Numbered from the stretch's first letter, positions 37,815-46,728 are shown. The stretch is DNA of 53,598 bases from an uncultured Candidatus Saccharibacteria bacterium (GCA_964357395.1 CAYHLC010000001.1:1-53598); one strand, 5' to 3'. A program made the numbers and translations. Notes: generated by a model not told the origin, from the sequence alone.

Positions 37815-39767
37815 ATGACGGACAACGCGAGGGACAAGAAGGGTGCTCCCAAGAAGGACAAGGAGGACAAGAAGCCGTGGGTACCGCACCTCCAGATGCC
37901 AAAGGGCAGCAGCTGGGGCAATCTCTCGTCCATGCTGGCGGTCCTCCTCATACTCGCCTTGGCGTACTCATTCTTTTCCACGACTGGTACGACAGAGGAG
38001 TCGGTGTCGCTCTCGACCCTCGCCTCCGAGATCCGTGCTGGTTCGGTCAAGTCGATAGTCGTCGAGGGCGAGCAGCTCGATATCACCTACAAGGATGATA
38101 CGAAGAAGATCTCGAAGAAGGAGGCCGACGCGGCCCTCTCGGAGACACTCGCGAGCTACGGCATTACTGGTGTCGAGATGAGCAGTGTAGAGATCGAGGT
38201 CAAGAATGAGACCGGGTTTAAGTACTGGTTCTTCTCCTTAGCACCGATCATACTGCCGCTCTTACTCATTGCAGTTTTCGTCTGGTTCCTGTCGCGTCAG
38301 GTGCGCGGTGCGGGTATGCAAGCCTTTACCTTCGGACAGTCGAAGGCGAGGATGATCGACCCCAAGGACAGCGCGACTCGGGTCACCTTTGCAGACGTCG
38401 CAGGTGCCAAGGAGGCCAAGGAAGAGCTCACCGAGATCGTCGACTTCCTCAAGAACCCAAAGAAGTTCCTCGACATCGGCGCGCGCATCCCCAAGGGAGT
38501 GCTCTTGATGGGCGCGCCAGGGACTGGCAAGACCTTGCTTGGGCGCGCTGTTGCGGGCGAGGCGGGTGTGCCGTTCTTCTCGATTTCTGGCTCCGAGTTT
38601 GTGGAGATGTTCGTTGGTGTCGGTGCCTCTCGCGTGCGCGACCTCTTTGATATGGCAAAGCACGCAGCGCCGGCCATTATATTTGTTGATGAGATCGACG
38701 CCGTCGGTCGCGTACGCGGCACTGGCGTTGGTGGGGGCAACGACGAGCGCGAGCAGACGCTGAACCAGATACTGGTCGAGATGGACGGCTTCGAGCCGAA
38801 CGAAAAGGTGATTGTGATGGCTGCAACTAACCGCCCGGATGTGCTGGATCCAGCGCTCCTCCGCCCTGGCCGCTTTGATCGTCGCGTCACCATCGACCTT
38901 CCTGACCGTGACGACCGCGAGCAGATACTGAAGGTGCATGCGAGGAAGAAGCCGCTCGCAGAAGATGTGGTCCTCCGCGTTATTGCCGAGCGCACGCCAG
39001 GCTTCTCTGGCGCAGACCTCTACTCGCTGATGAACGAGGCTGCCATCCTTGCTGCGAGGGAGAATCGCAAGAAGGTCGGCCAATATGACCTCATCCGCTC
39101 GATTGAGAAGGTGATGCTTGGTCCAGAGCGGAAGAGTCACGTTTTGAACAAAAAAGAAAAAGAGATCACCGCATACCACGAAGCGGGGCACGCACTTGTC
39201 TCGTCGGTACTTCCATATGCGGACCCGGTACACAAGATATCGATCATCAGCCGCGGTCGCGCAGCGGGGTATACACTCAAGCTCCCATTCGAGGACACCA
39301 GGATGCAGTCGAAGAACGAGTTCCTCGACGATATCGCAGTCTCACTCGGCGGCTATGTAGCAGAGAAGGAGGTGTTCGGCGATCTCACCACCGGCCCATC
39401 GAACGACCTGCAGGTACTAACCGCACTCGCGCGCGACATGGTTACGAAGTACGGCATGTCGGATGAACTCGGCCCTATGGCGCTCGAGGGCGAGGGAGGC
39501 CGCACCTTGTTTGGACGCGGTGTGTCAGAGAAGGAGTATTCGGAAGCGATATCTGCGAAGATCGACACCGAGGTCAAGCTGATAATCGAAGGCGCGTACC
39601 AGAAGGCACTGAAGATCATCAAGGAGAAGCGCAGCGTCCTCAATGCTATAGCGGAAAAGTTGGTGGAAGTAGAGACCCTAGAGCGCGACGAGTTTGAGAA
39701 GCTCCTGATCGCAAACGGCATCACTCCGAAAGCAAAGAAGGACATAGAGCACCAGCCTATTGCGTAA
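37815..39767 (+). CDS. ftsH: ATP-dependent zinc metalloprotease FtsH
   Basis: 2 [29 protein letters not shown]. Confidence 0.99.
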   Translation: MTDNARDKKGAPKKDKEDKKPWVPHLQMPKGSSWGNLSSMLAVLLILALAYSFFSTTGTTEESVSLSTLASEIRAGSVKSIVVEGEQLDITYKDDTKKISKKEADAALSETLASYGITGVEMSSVEIEVKNETGFKYWFFSLAPIILPLLLIAVFVWFLSRQVRGAGMQAFTFGQSKARMIDPKDSATRVTFADVAGAKEAKEELTEIVDFLKNPKKFLDIGARIPKGVLLMGAPGTGKTLLGRAVAGEAGVPFFSISGSEFVEMFVGVGASRVRDLFDMAKHAAPAIIFVDEIDAVGRVRGTGVGGGNDEREQTLNQILVEMDGFEPNEKVIVMAATNRPDVLDPALLRPGRFDRRVTIDLPDRDDREQILKVHARKKPLAEDVVLRVIAERTPGFSGADLYSLMNEAAILAARENRKKVGQYDLIRSIEKVMLGPERKSHVLNKKEKEITAYHEAGHALVSSVLPYADPVHKISIISRGRAAGYTLKLPFEDTRMQSKNEFLDDIAVSLGGYVAEKEVFGDLTTGPSNDLQVLTALARDMVTKYGMSDELGPMALEGEGGRTLFGRGVSEKEYSEAISAKIDTEVKLIIEGAYQKALKIIKEKRSVLNAIAEKLVEVETLERDEFEKLLIANGITPKAKKDIEHQPIA

Positions 39768-39797
39768 CCTACCCCATTGAGGTATGGTAAGGCCGAT

Positions 39798-40028
39798 ATG
39801 AGCGACAGACGCGCAGAGTATAAGGGGCTCGCAACTGCATCGCGTGCAGCAGGCATGGGCCTTTTGGTAGGAACGATACTCTTTGGGCTCGGCGAGCCGC
39901 TCCCGCTACAGGAGTGGCAGGTTAACGTGCTCTTGGGAGGAGTAGCTGGCAGCGCCTTCCTCTACTACGTCCTCGCACCACTTTTTGAGGAGGAGTATCC
40001 GGGGGAGTCTCGCTCTGCGTACGCATAA
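39798..40028 (+). CDS. Small orphan membrane protein, 2 TM
   Basis: Two hydrophobic segments. Confidence 0.6.
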   Translation: MSDRRAEYKGLATASRAAGMGLLVGTILFGLGEPLPLQEWQVNVLLGGVAGSAFLYYVLAPLFEEEYPGESRSAYA

Positions 40029-40035
40029 CTAATAT

Positions 40036-40293
40036 ATGGCACCGAAAGCAGAATCGGCATGGCAGGAAGGATTTCTCGGCGCAGGACTAAGCCTCCTTGT
40101 AGTTTCGTTCATGCTCGAAACGTTTGTGCCTATTGATTGGTACGAGTCGCCACAAAACATGTCGATGGGGATCATAACCGGATCCGGCTTTATACTCACC
40201 GGTTTTGGTGCGGTGTTCATGCTCGCATCCGGTCTAGCCGAGAAGATACAGAGCATGGGTACACCGCGCACCCGCGTTGCTCACGCCGCTTAG
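40036..40293 (+). CDS. Small orphan membrane protein, 2 TM
   Basis: Two hydrophobic segments; closely follows the previous ORF. Confidence 0.6.
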   Translation: MAPKAESAWQEGFLGAGLSLLVVSFMLETFVPIDWYESPQNMSMGIITGSGFILTGFGAVFMLASGLAEKIQSMGTPRTRVAHAA

Positions 40294-40423
40294 GTCACAT
40301 ATCGAGTAGTTCGCGTGCGTATTCACTTTTAAGCACGTGCTCAAAACTGAATATCGCTGCGTGACACTCCAGATACTTTCGGTGGGTGGCTGTAAAGCGA
40401 CGCAAGCGGTATAGTAGTAACAT

Positions 40424-40713
40424 CCGCCCCTAAGCAAAGCTTCCTGGCGGGCACCTCGAAGGTCATGAGCGCAAGCGCTCGCGACCCTTCTCGGCTTCGC
40501 CAGTAGCTCAGTCGGTTAGAGCACGGAGCTTACGGGCGAGGGAGTGAGAGAAAAGCGGGCGTGTAGCTCAATGGTTAGAGCACCGAGCTTATACCTCGGC
40601 GGTTCCTGGTTCGAGTCCAGGCACGCCCACACAAACGTACGCTTTTCCGAGCGAGTGATGCACGTATCGAAGATATACCTCCGGGGTCCTTGGTTCGAGT
40701 CCAAGGGGGCGGA
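40424..40713 (+). tRNA. Interrupted outer tRNA-Ile(UAU) in three pieces (40424-40432, 40506-40532, 40676-40713); pseudogene or intron-containing
   Basis: Joined pieces give CCGCCCC TA GCTC AGTCGGTTA GAGC A CGGAG CTTATAC CTCCG GGGTC CTTGG TTCGAGT CCAAG GGGGCGG A with all four stems fully paired. Confidence 0.8.
40557..40629 (+). tRNA. tRNA-Ile(UAU), intact, nested in the outer tRNA
   Basis: GGGCGTG/CACGCCC acceptor, CCGAG-CTTATAC-CTCGG anticodon arm, TTCGAGT T-loop; no encoded CCA. Confidence 0.95.
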
Positions 40714-40737
40714 CTGGTTAGTGTAGACTTTGTAGTG

Positions 40738-41202
40738 ATGCACTACTTCGCATATGGTTCGAACATGAACCATGAGCAAATGCAAAAGTCATGTCCCGGC
40801 AGTATGTTCTTAAAGCCGGTGCGGCTTGATGGCTATACGTTTGTTTATGATGGTCGATCAACGGCAGAGATGCACACCGAGAAGGGTGCTGTTGCGAATA
40901 TCGTTCCCGATTCGAAAAAACATGTTTGGGGCGCTTTGTACGAAGTGTCAGAGCAAGATATTGCCAACCTAGATATCGTTGAGGATATCCCTCATGCGTA
41001 TCAAAAAGCAAATCTTGTAGTTCGAGATAGTCAGGGGACCTCTTACACTGGCGTAACTGCATATCTCAGACCTCCTCAAGAAATTGGTCAACCGACCGCT
41101 GACTACAAAGCTACAGTACTCCGTGGGGCACGAGATTCAGGGCTGCCCGACGATTACTTAGCGAGACTGGAGGCTAAAATAAGTTCTAACGTCGTTCAGT
41201 AG
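40738..41202 (+). CDS. Gamma-glutamylcyclotransferase family protein
   Basis: YFAYGSNM, VWGALYEV, LD..E. Confidence 0.88.
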   Translation: MHYFAYGSNMNHEQMQKSCPGSMFLKPVRLDGYTFVYDGRSTAEMHTEKGAVANIVPDSKKHVWGALYEVSEQDIANLDIVEDIPHAYQKANLVVRDSQGTSYTGVTAYLRPPQEIGQPTADYKATVLRGARDSGLPDDYLARLEAKISSNVVQ

Positions 41203-41226
41203 GGCGGACAGATTTTTTAATGCAAC

Positions 41227-41273
41227 AAAGGTTTACTACTCTCTCACGATCGTGGGAGTTTGGTAAACTTTTT
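41227..41273 (+). terminator. Long hairpin, probable terminator
   Basis: AAAGGTTTAC...CACGATCGTG...GTAAACTTTTT. Confidence 0.55.
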
Positions 41274-41357
41274 ACGGGCGATCAGTCGACACGCACTTCC
41301 ACAGCGCTGACTACAAAAGGACTTGCAATTCGTTTATAGAGAGTTATTATCTTTTGC

Positions 41358-41546
41358 ATGGAAGGGTACGAACTACCAATTGGAGGGCTTGCCCTCATGG
41401 TCGCGTTTCTTACAGGCAGGGCCCTTAAGGAATATTATAAAAACTGGCAGGTACGCAAGATGTCACAGGGCAACGGCCCTGCAAATAGAAGTTATAGAGG
41501 TGATGGTCCGTCACGGACAGCTGATTTTAAGAGGGGCAGGTACTAG
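41358..41546 (+). CDS. Small orphan protein, 1 TM plus basic tail
   Basis: 62-aa ORF; LPIGGLALMVAFLTG. Confidence 0.5.
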   Translation: MEGYELPIGGLALMVAFLTGRALKEYYKNWQVRKMSQGNGPANRSYRGDGPSRTADFKRGRY

Positions 41547-42115
41547 GCGCCAGAGGTGCGATCTAGTACAACATCCACAACATTTTGGGTGAGGGTGCGG
41601 GTCTCCACGCGCTCGGGGCCGTTCTTTGGACGGACAGTTACTTCGACCGTATCCTCGCGTACACGCTTGCGCGCATGCGCCATCTGCGTTCCGGATGCGA
41701 CTCTCTGGCTCTGGATCTCGGTCGCTATCGCGTTGATCTCGCTTACTCGTCCTGCAAGGAGTGCGAAGGCCGCTGCTGTTGCTGCAGTGGGGGAGTCGCC
41801 CATCACCCTAACCGTCCACATATCGTGCCTAGTGCCGCGACAGCCCATCGCGTGCGCCGCTGCCGCGACGACGCGGTCGTAGCCACCGGTCCATGTAGCC
41901 CCATCATAGCCATCGCCCGGTTGGTCGGTCGCCTTGTGTAGCCCGACGCCGACGAGGAGCGCGGCGAGGGCGTGGCAGGCCTCGTGGTATGCGGTGTGGT
42001 TGATATACCCCGCCTCGACGGCTCCCTCCTTCCTGCGCACCCTCACCTCCGTATCGCCTACGCTAATCCCTTCCTCCTTGTCCCTAAGCCCGAGCCGTAC
42101 GCGCTCATTACCCAT
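41543..42115 (-). CDS. Stand-alone HExxH protein, peptidase M41/M50-like
   Basis: TAYHEACHALAA closely resembles the Fts[11 protein letters not shown] motif. Confidence 0.7.
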   Translation of the reverse strand: MGNERVRLGLRDKEEGISVGDTEVRVRRKEGAVEAGYINHTAYHEACHALAALLVGVGLHKATDQPGDGYDGATWTGGYDRVVAAAAHAMGCRGTRHDMWTVRVMGDSPTAATAAAFALLAGRVSEINAIATEIQSQRVASGTQMAHARKRVREDTVEVTVRPKNGPERVETRTLTQNVVDVVLDRTSGA

Positions 42116-42155
42116 CTCTTATATAACTACTACAAACCCGGGCGGGTGACCAGTC

Positions 42156-44288
42156 TTACTCGAAATGCAGGTCCTTCAGGGATTGGAGGGCCTGCTTTTT
42201 TAGTTGCGGATAGTTCGAGAGAGTGGGGTCGCGGGCAACGAGCGCAAAGGCTTCGGTGCGGGCCGCCTCCACAAGCTTCAGGTTCTTCAGTGCCTCCATA
42301 CCGATGTCCGAGAGGCCCCACTGACGGCGGCCATACAGCTCGCCGGCGCCGCGGAGGCTGAGGTCACGCTCGGCGAGCTCGAAGCCATTCTTTGCCGAGA
42401 CTATCGCCTTGAGGCGCTCATTGTTCGTGTTGCCCGCCTTGTCAACCATGAGGAAGCAGTACGGCTGGTGGGTAGAGCGCATGACGCGCCCGCGCAGCTG
42501 ATGCAGCTGCGCAAGGCCGAATCGCTCGGAGCCCTCGATCAGTATGATGGTCGCGTTTGGCACATTCACTCCTACCTCGACTACTGACGTAGCAACCAGT
42601 ATCTGGATCTTGTTCGCAGCAAACTCATCCATGGTCCTCTCTTTATCATTCGGGGTCATCTTGCTGTGCAGCTCTGCAACGGAGTACTCGGGGAACATCT
42701 TTTTCAAATTCTTCAACTCCGCTTGTACCGAGCGGGCCTGCATAGCAAGTTGTTTGGTTGGGTCCGGTTCATCAATTCGTGGGCAGATGACATATGCTTG
42801 GCGTCCTTCCTCCAGTAGCTCGCGGACCTTGGCATACGCTTTTGTTCGCTGCGCGGGGCCAGCTATCTCAGTTTTTATTTCCTTCCTACCAGCAGGCAGC
42901 TCATCGAGGATGGTGAGGTCGAGGTCGCCATACAAGGTGAGTGCGAGCGTTCGGGGGATAGGAGTAGCCGTCATGGATAGCAAGTGGGGTGCAACATTAT
43001 CTTTGAGCGCGAGTGCCTGACGTTGGAAGGTGCCGAAGCGGTGTTGCTCGTCAATGATGACATAGGCAAGGTATTTAAACTTGACCGCTTTTTGTATCAG
43101 CGCGTGCGTGCCAATCAGTATTGGCACCTCGCCATTTGCTACCCACTTCAGGAGCTGCGTGCGCGAGAGCTCGGTAGCCTTCCCCTTGTTGACCTTGGAC
43201 GGAAACTTGTAGCACCCGGATGAGGTGATTAGTCCGATTTGAATAGGATACTCTTTGAAAAAGGAAGTAAAAGTCTCGAAGTGCTGCTTGGCCAGTATCT
43301 CGGTGGGGCACATGTACGCGACCTGCAGGTTACCAAAGTTCTTGTCCGGGACTGGCCGACTTGTTACTACCGCATACGCGGTTGCAGCGGCGACGGCAGT
43401 CTTGCCGCTGCCGACGTCGCCCTCGAGGAGCCTCGCCATCGGGTAGGGCTCGAGGAAGTTGGCGAGTATATCTCCGATTGCCTTCTTCTGCCCACCGGTG
43501 GGGGTGAAGGGGAACGAGGACACGAACTTGGCTACCCGCGACTCCTCTGCATCAACGGGGAGCGCGTTTCGTGTGCGGTTACGCTCGCGCTCCACGCCGC
43601 GCCCGAGCTGGATGAGGAATACCTCCTCGAATGCGAAGCGCTTCCGTGCTGACTCCGCATCCTTGTCGTTCTTCGGTTGGTGCGCCCAGATGAGTGCGGT
43701 CCAGAGTGTGGGGAGGTGGTACTTCTCTATGATCTTTTCTGGTATCAGATCCTGGATAGTATCCAAAACCTTTTCCTCGAACACGCGCTTCATGGCGTGA
43801 TAGAACCACAAGGACGTGATGCCTGCCGACTCGGGGTAGACCGGCATCATGCCCTCCTTCGCTAAAGCTACGGAGGGTAAACCCGCCGCCTTCTCTACAA
43901 CCGGGTTCGCAATATACTTGCCGCTACTCGATTGGCTGACGGTACCGCGCAGGCGCACCAACGTATCAGTCGGAACCATTTTGGCCAAGTACGGTTGGTG
44001 GAACCACATAACGCGAATGGTCCCAGTGCCGTCATCAAACCTGCCTTCGGCCATAGGGACCTTCCGCTTCCAAGACTTCTTCATCTCTAACTTCGTAAAC
44101 GTGCCATAGATGGTCACCTCGCCAGCTATGTTCGACTCCGCGATTGTACGCACGTCCGCTGCAGACTCGTAGCGGTGTGGGATGTGATACAGCAGGTCGC
44201 GGATAGTATGGAGCCCGAGGCGGCCGAGCGCCGCCTTCTGCACTTGGGTCAGTCGGGTGAGCTCGCTAATGGGGGAGTCCGGCGTCAC
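42156..44288 (-). CDS. recG: ATP-dependent DNA helicase RecG
   Basis: GDVGSGKT, DEQHRFG, MTATPIPRTL, GLAQLHQLRGRV. Confidence 0.98.
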   Translation of the reverse strand: MTPDSPISELTRLTQVQKAALGRLGLHTIRDLLYHIPHRYESAADVRTIAESNIAGEVTIYGTFTKLEMKKSWKRKVPMAEGRFDDGTGTIRVMWFHQPYLAKMVPTDTLVRLRGTVSQSSSGKYIANPVVEKAAGLPSVALAKEGMMPVYPESAGITSLWFYHAMKRVFEEKVLDTIQDLIPEKIIEKYHLPTLWTALIWAHQPKNDKDAESARKRFAFEEVFLIQLGRGVERERNRTRNALPVDAEESRVAKFVSSFPFTPTGGQKKAIGDILANFLEPYPMARLLEGDVGSGKTAVAAATAYAVVTSRPVPDKNFGNLQVAYMCPTEILAKQHFETFTSFFKEYPIQIGLITSSGCYKFPSKVNKGKATELSRTQLLKWVANGEVPILIGTHALIQKAVKFKYLAYVIIDEQHRFGTFQRQALALKDNVAPHLLSMTATPIPRTLALTLYGDLDLTILDELPAGRKEIKTEIAGPAQRTKAYAKVRELLEEGRQAYVICPRIDEPDPTKQLAMQARSVQAELKNLKKMFPEYSVAELHSKMTPNDKERTMDEFAANKIQILVATSVVEVGVNVPNATIILIEGSERFGLAQLHQLRGRVMRSTHQPYCFLMVDKAGNTNNERLKAIVSAKNGFELAERDLSLRGAGELYGRRQWGLSDIGMEALKNLKLVEAARTEAFALVARDPTLSNYPQLKKQALQSLKDLHFE
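43852..43877. repeat. REP-like imperfect palindrome inside recG
   Basis: CCCTCCTTCGCTAAAGCTACGGAGGG; read in frame as PSVALAKEG. Confidence 0.7.
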
Positions 44289-44325
44289 ACAGGCACTATA
44301 ACGCGCACTTTGCTAGGATGGGGCG

Positions 44326-44994
44326 ATGGGCTACGCAGAGCAGCGCAGGAGCGAGGATTTGAGCGAACTACCACAGTGGCAGGACGAGGTGGAGGCGCGC
44401 GTCGTCCATGCGACCAAGAATCAGTATGTAAACAAGCTCAAGCAGGCCGGCATCGTCCAGCTGTATAGCGGTAAGCTGCGGACTATCTCGTATGCAAAGT
44501 GGGAGTCACTGCCCGGAGTGTCGGCACGAATACGTATCTATATTGGGCCGGACGGCAGGGAGCACTATATGTGGTGCATCAAGGTTCCGAAGGATGATAC
44601 GGCTCCATCGCAGCTCACTCGAGCTCGGCGTGAGATGGAGGAGGAGGCCCCGAGCTTCGATGAGGCAAAGTCGAGGCTCGAGTATGCTCTCAGCGTGTTA
44701 TTTCCGAAAGAGCCATGCGTTTTGCAGGGCGAGACAGAGATTATAAAGGAGCGCACCTCGTTTATGTGCAATGGCACCTGCAGGGTAGAAGCGTGCACTA
44801 ATGTCCGGTTCGACTTCGACGTTATCAAGTCTGCAAACGGAAAGGCGCTCACCCCGCCACTCGCACTCCTCGAGATCGAGGCCGGTACGGAGCCTGATGT
44901 TCTGAAGTGTGCTGAGAAGCTCGGCATCACACTAACGCCGGGCGAGTCGGTAGGCTCTGTGTCGCCACTTATTAATGAGCGCGTAGGGGGGTAG
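44326..44994 (+). CDS. Divergent CYTH-like protein
   Basis: EVEAR, RIRI, KERTSF, FDFD, LLEIE; TAGGAT-N6-ATG. Confidence 0.6.
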   Translation: MGYAEQRRSEDLSELPQWQDEVEARVVHATKNQYVNKLKQAGIVQLYSGKLRTISYAKWESLPGVSARIRIYIGPDGREHYMWCIKVPKDDTAPSQLTRARREMEEEAPSFDEAKSRLEYALSVLFPKEPCVLQGETEIIKERTSFMCNGTCRVEACTNVRFDFDVIKSANGKALTPPLALLEIEAGTEPDVLKCAEKLGITLTPGESVGSVSPLINERVGG

Positions 44995-44996
44995 GC

Positions 44997-45143
44997 CTAT
45001 TTCTCCCACGGCTTCTTGTCACCTGGGTCTGGCTTCTTGTCTTCCTCAGGCTTTGTGGGCTGCGGCGGCTTCTTAGGTTGGTCACGTTTGCTGGGCCTGT
45101 GCCCATTACCGTTCTCTGCGACTATTCCTTCGATTCCAAACAT
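44997..45143 (-). CDS. Putative 48-aa Pro/Lys-rich microprotein
   Basis: MFGIEGIVAENGNGHRPSKRDQPKKPPQPTKPEEDKKPDPGDKKPWEK; TATGCT-N8-ATG. Confidence 0.5.
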   Translation of the reverse strand: MFGIEGIVAENGNGHRPSKRDQPKKPPQPTKPEEDKKPDPGDKKPWEK

Positions 45144-45207
45144 ACTGGAGGAGCATACCCCGCCAAGAATGTTTGAGCAAGATATGGTAACGTACTCGTG
45201 TTAGTTA

Positions 45208-45296
45208 GGAGAGGTGGCTGAGTGGTCGAAAGCGGCACAGTGCTAATGTGTTGTCCGGGTAAAACTGGACCATGGGTTCGAATCCCATCCTCTCCG
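45208..45296 (+). tRNA. tRNA-Ser(GCU)
   Basis: GGAGAGG/CCTCTCC acceptor, long variable arm, anticodon loop GTGCTAA, G73. Confidence 0.95.
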
Positions 45297-45473
45297 CAAA
45301 GACTTGAGCGAAGCAAAAGCTTTGCGGAGAGGAGCAGAGTGCGGGGCACTCTGCGTGTGGGATTCGAACGCCGGAGCCAAGCTTTTCGTCTCGAAAAGCT
45401 GCGAGGTGGTGGCCAGCCCGAAGCCGAACGGAGGTGAGGCTGAGAGGTGCGGCCGAATCCCATCCTCTCCGCA
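45297..45473. repeat. tRNA-3'-associated structured element with inverted and direct copies of the tRNA 3' end
   Basis: TTTGCGGAGAGGA...TGGGATTCGAAC antisense copy; CGAATCCCATCCTCTCCGCA direct repeat at 45454-45473. Confidence 0.85.
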
Positions 45474-45517
45474 TTTTTAGATTTTGACATATCTACAAAA
45501 AGAGGTAGTATCTATGC

Positions 45518-45670
45518 ATGAAAGATAGTGAGTTTGGAGAGGTGGGGGAGAGAGTCCTTCGCTTCGTTGACAGGGTCCGTGTCCCACTCTTCGCATTCCT
45601 CGCGGTATTCATAGCTGCCGGCATCGTCGCTGGCGTTGATGCCCTCGGCGATCTCAACAAGTCCGAGTAG
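45518..45670 (+). CDS. 50-aa single-TM microprotein
   Basis: TTGACA(45484)-N16-TAGTAT-N6-ATG; VPLFAFLAVFIAAGIVAGV. Confidence 0.6.
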   Translation: MKDSEFGEVGERVLRFVDRVRVPLFAFLAVFIAAGIVAGVDALGDLNKSE

Positions 45671-45676
45671 GCCTGC

Positions 45677-45859
45677 ATGGCTACCAAACTAGAGCAGCAG
45701 TTGAAGCAGCAAGCAGAGCAGTACAAAACCGATTCCAAGTATCGCGCAGGTGTAGACGAGCTCTGCAAAAGATGGATAGCGGGTGTGGCAAAGCATAAGA
45801 TCAAGCTCACTGTCTCAGGGCTTATTACCTGGATCGCCTACCAGCAGATGGGTGGGTAA
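45677..45859 (+). CDS. Small orphan protein, 60 aa, hydrophobic C-terminus
   Basis: ORF 6 nt after the previous stop. Confidence 0.55.
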   Translation: MATKLEQQLKQQAEQYKTDSKYRAGVDELCKRWIAGVAKHKIKLTVSGLITWIAYQQMGG

Positions 45860-45893
45860 GCATCAGTGAGGTTTTGTTTGGTATGGTTTGAGG

Positions 45894-46304
45894 ATGTTCA
45901 GAGTAGCAGTGCGGAGATACAGGCGAGTGCTGCGGCGCCGCGCCCTGAAGCCGAGCGCGGCCAGGCTCGCTCACTACGCGGCTAACAAGGAGGAGGCTCG
46001 GGCACTCATCTGCGCGCGCGTGGCAGAGCTCAATGTGCACTACAACTTTGCGTACAATCGGATAGCTATCCGCAATACTCGCTCTCGGTGGGGCAGCTGC
46101 TCGCGGAAGAGGAATCTCAACTTCAGTTACATAATCGCCTCCTTGCCACAGGGGCTCCGGGACTACGTCATCGTGCACGAGCTCTGCCACCTGGCCGCCT
46201 TCAACCACTCGCCCGCCTTCTGGGACCGTGTCGCCGAGACCCTCCCCAACCACCGCTCCCTCCGTGCATCCCTCCGCAAGCATGGCCACCTCCTCCGCGC
46301 GTAA
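45894..46304 (+). CDS. YgjP/DUF45 (M48/SprT-like) metalloprotein
   Basis: RWGSCS, YVIVHELCHL...NHSPAFW. Confidence 0.88.
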   Translation: MFRVAVRRYRRVLRRRALKPSAARLAHYAANKEEARALICARVAELNVHYNFAYNRIAIRNTRSRWGSCSRKRNLNFSYIIASLPQGLRDYVIVHELCHLAAFNHSPAFWDRVAETLPNHRSLRASLRKHGHLLRA

Positions 46305-46359
46305 CGCGCACTGTGGTTTAGCGAATTGACATTTGGTGTTGCAATGATACAATATACAT

Positions 46360-46674
46360 ATGGGTATAGGAGAGCGCGTAGGGATTCTTATCTGTGGCAC
46401 CACACTCGCTGGTGTTGCTGGAATGTTTGGTAAGCACTACGCAGGAGAGGCTACCAGCCTCAGGACGGATTCGTTTCTGAAAGAATTGTTTGAAACAGAT
46501 GTGCAAACAGCAGGCCGAATCGCAGATGCTGGTTCGTACGAATTCTGGTCCAATGCACTGCAATGGGGGGTACCTGCTATTCTCCTTATAACAATACGTC
46601 TTGCTTTTGCGCGCGACAAGAAGAGCAAGTCCAGAGCGGCCAGCAGCCCCTCCGCCTCGGAGGCCTCCGCATAA
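46360..46674 (+). CDS. Small orphan membrane protein, 2 TM
   Basis: TTGACA(46326)-N16-TACAAT-N6-ATG. Confidence 0.7.
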   Translation: MGIGERVGILICGTTLAGVAGMFGKHYAGEATSLRTDSFLKELFETDVQTAGRIADAGSYEFWSNALQWGVPAILLITIRLAFARDKKSKSRAASSPSASEASA

Positions 46675-46684
46675 GTGCCCGAAG

Positions 46685-46710
46685 AAGCCGCCTCTTCGGG
46701 CGGTTTTTTG
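46685..46710 (+). terminator. Intrinsic terminator
   Basis: AAGCCGCC-TCTTCG-GGCGGTTTTTTG. Confidence 0.85.
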
Positions 46711-46728
46711 GTGGAGTATACTGGGGGA

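Noticed and set aside
40433-40673. Group I or group II introns in the outer tRNA
   Set aside because: The inserts are only about 70 and 140 nt, half of the larger one is a tRNA, and no catalytic core motifs are recognisable.
45279-45473. Prophage or ICE bounded by attL/attR at tRNA-Ser
   Set aside because: Only about 155 bp lie between the repeats and there is no integrase or cargo; kept as a mini-element finding instead.
45122-45490. Minus-strand ORFs over tRNA-Ser (122 aa and 89 aa)
   Set aside because: Shadow translations of the tRNA and its repeats (MGFEP-type artefact).
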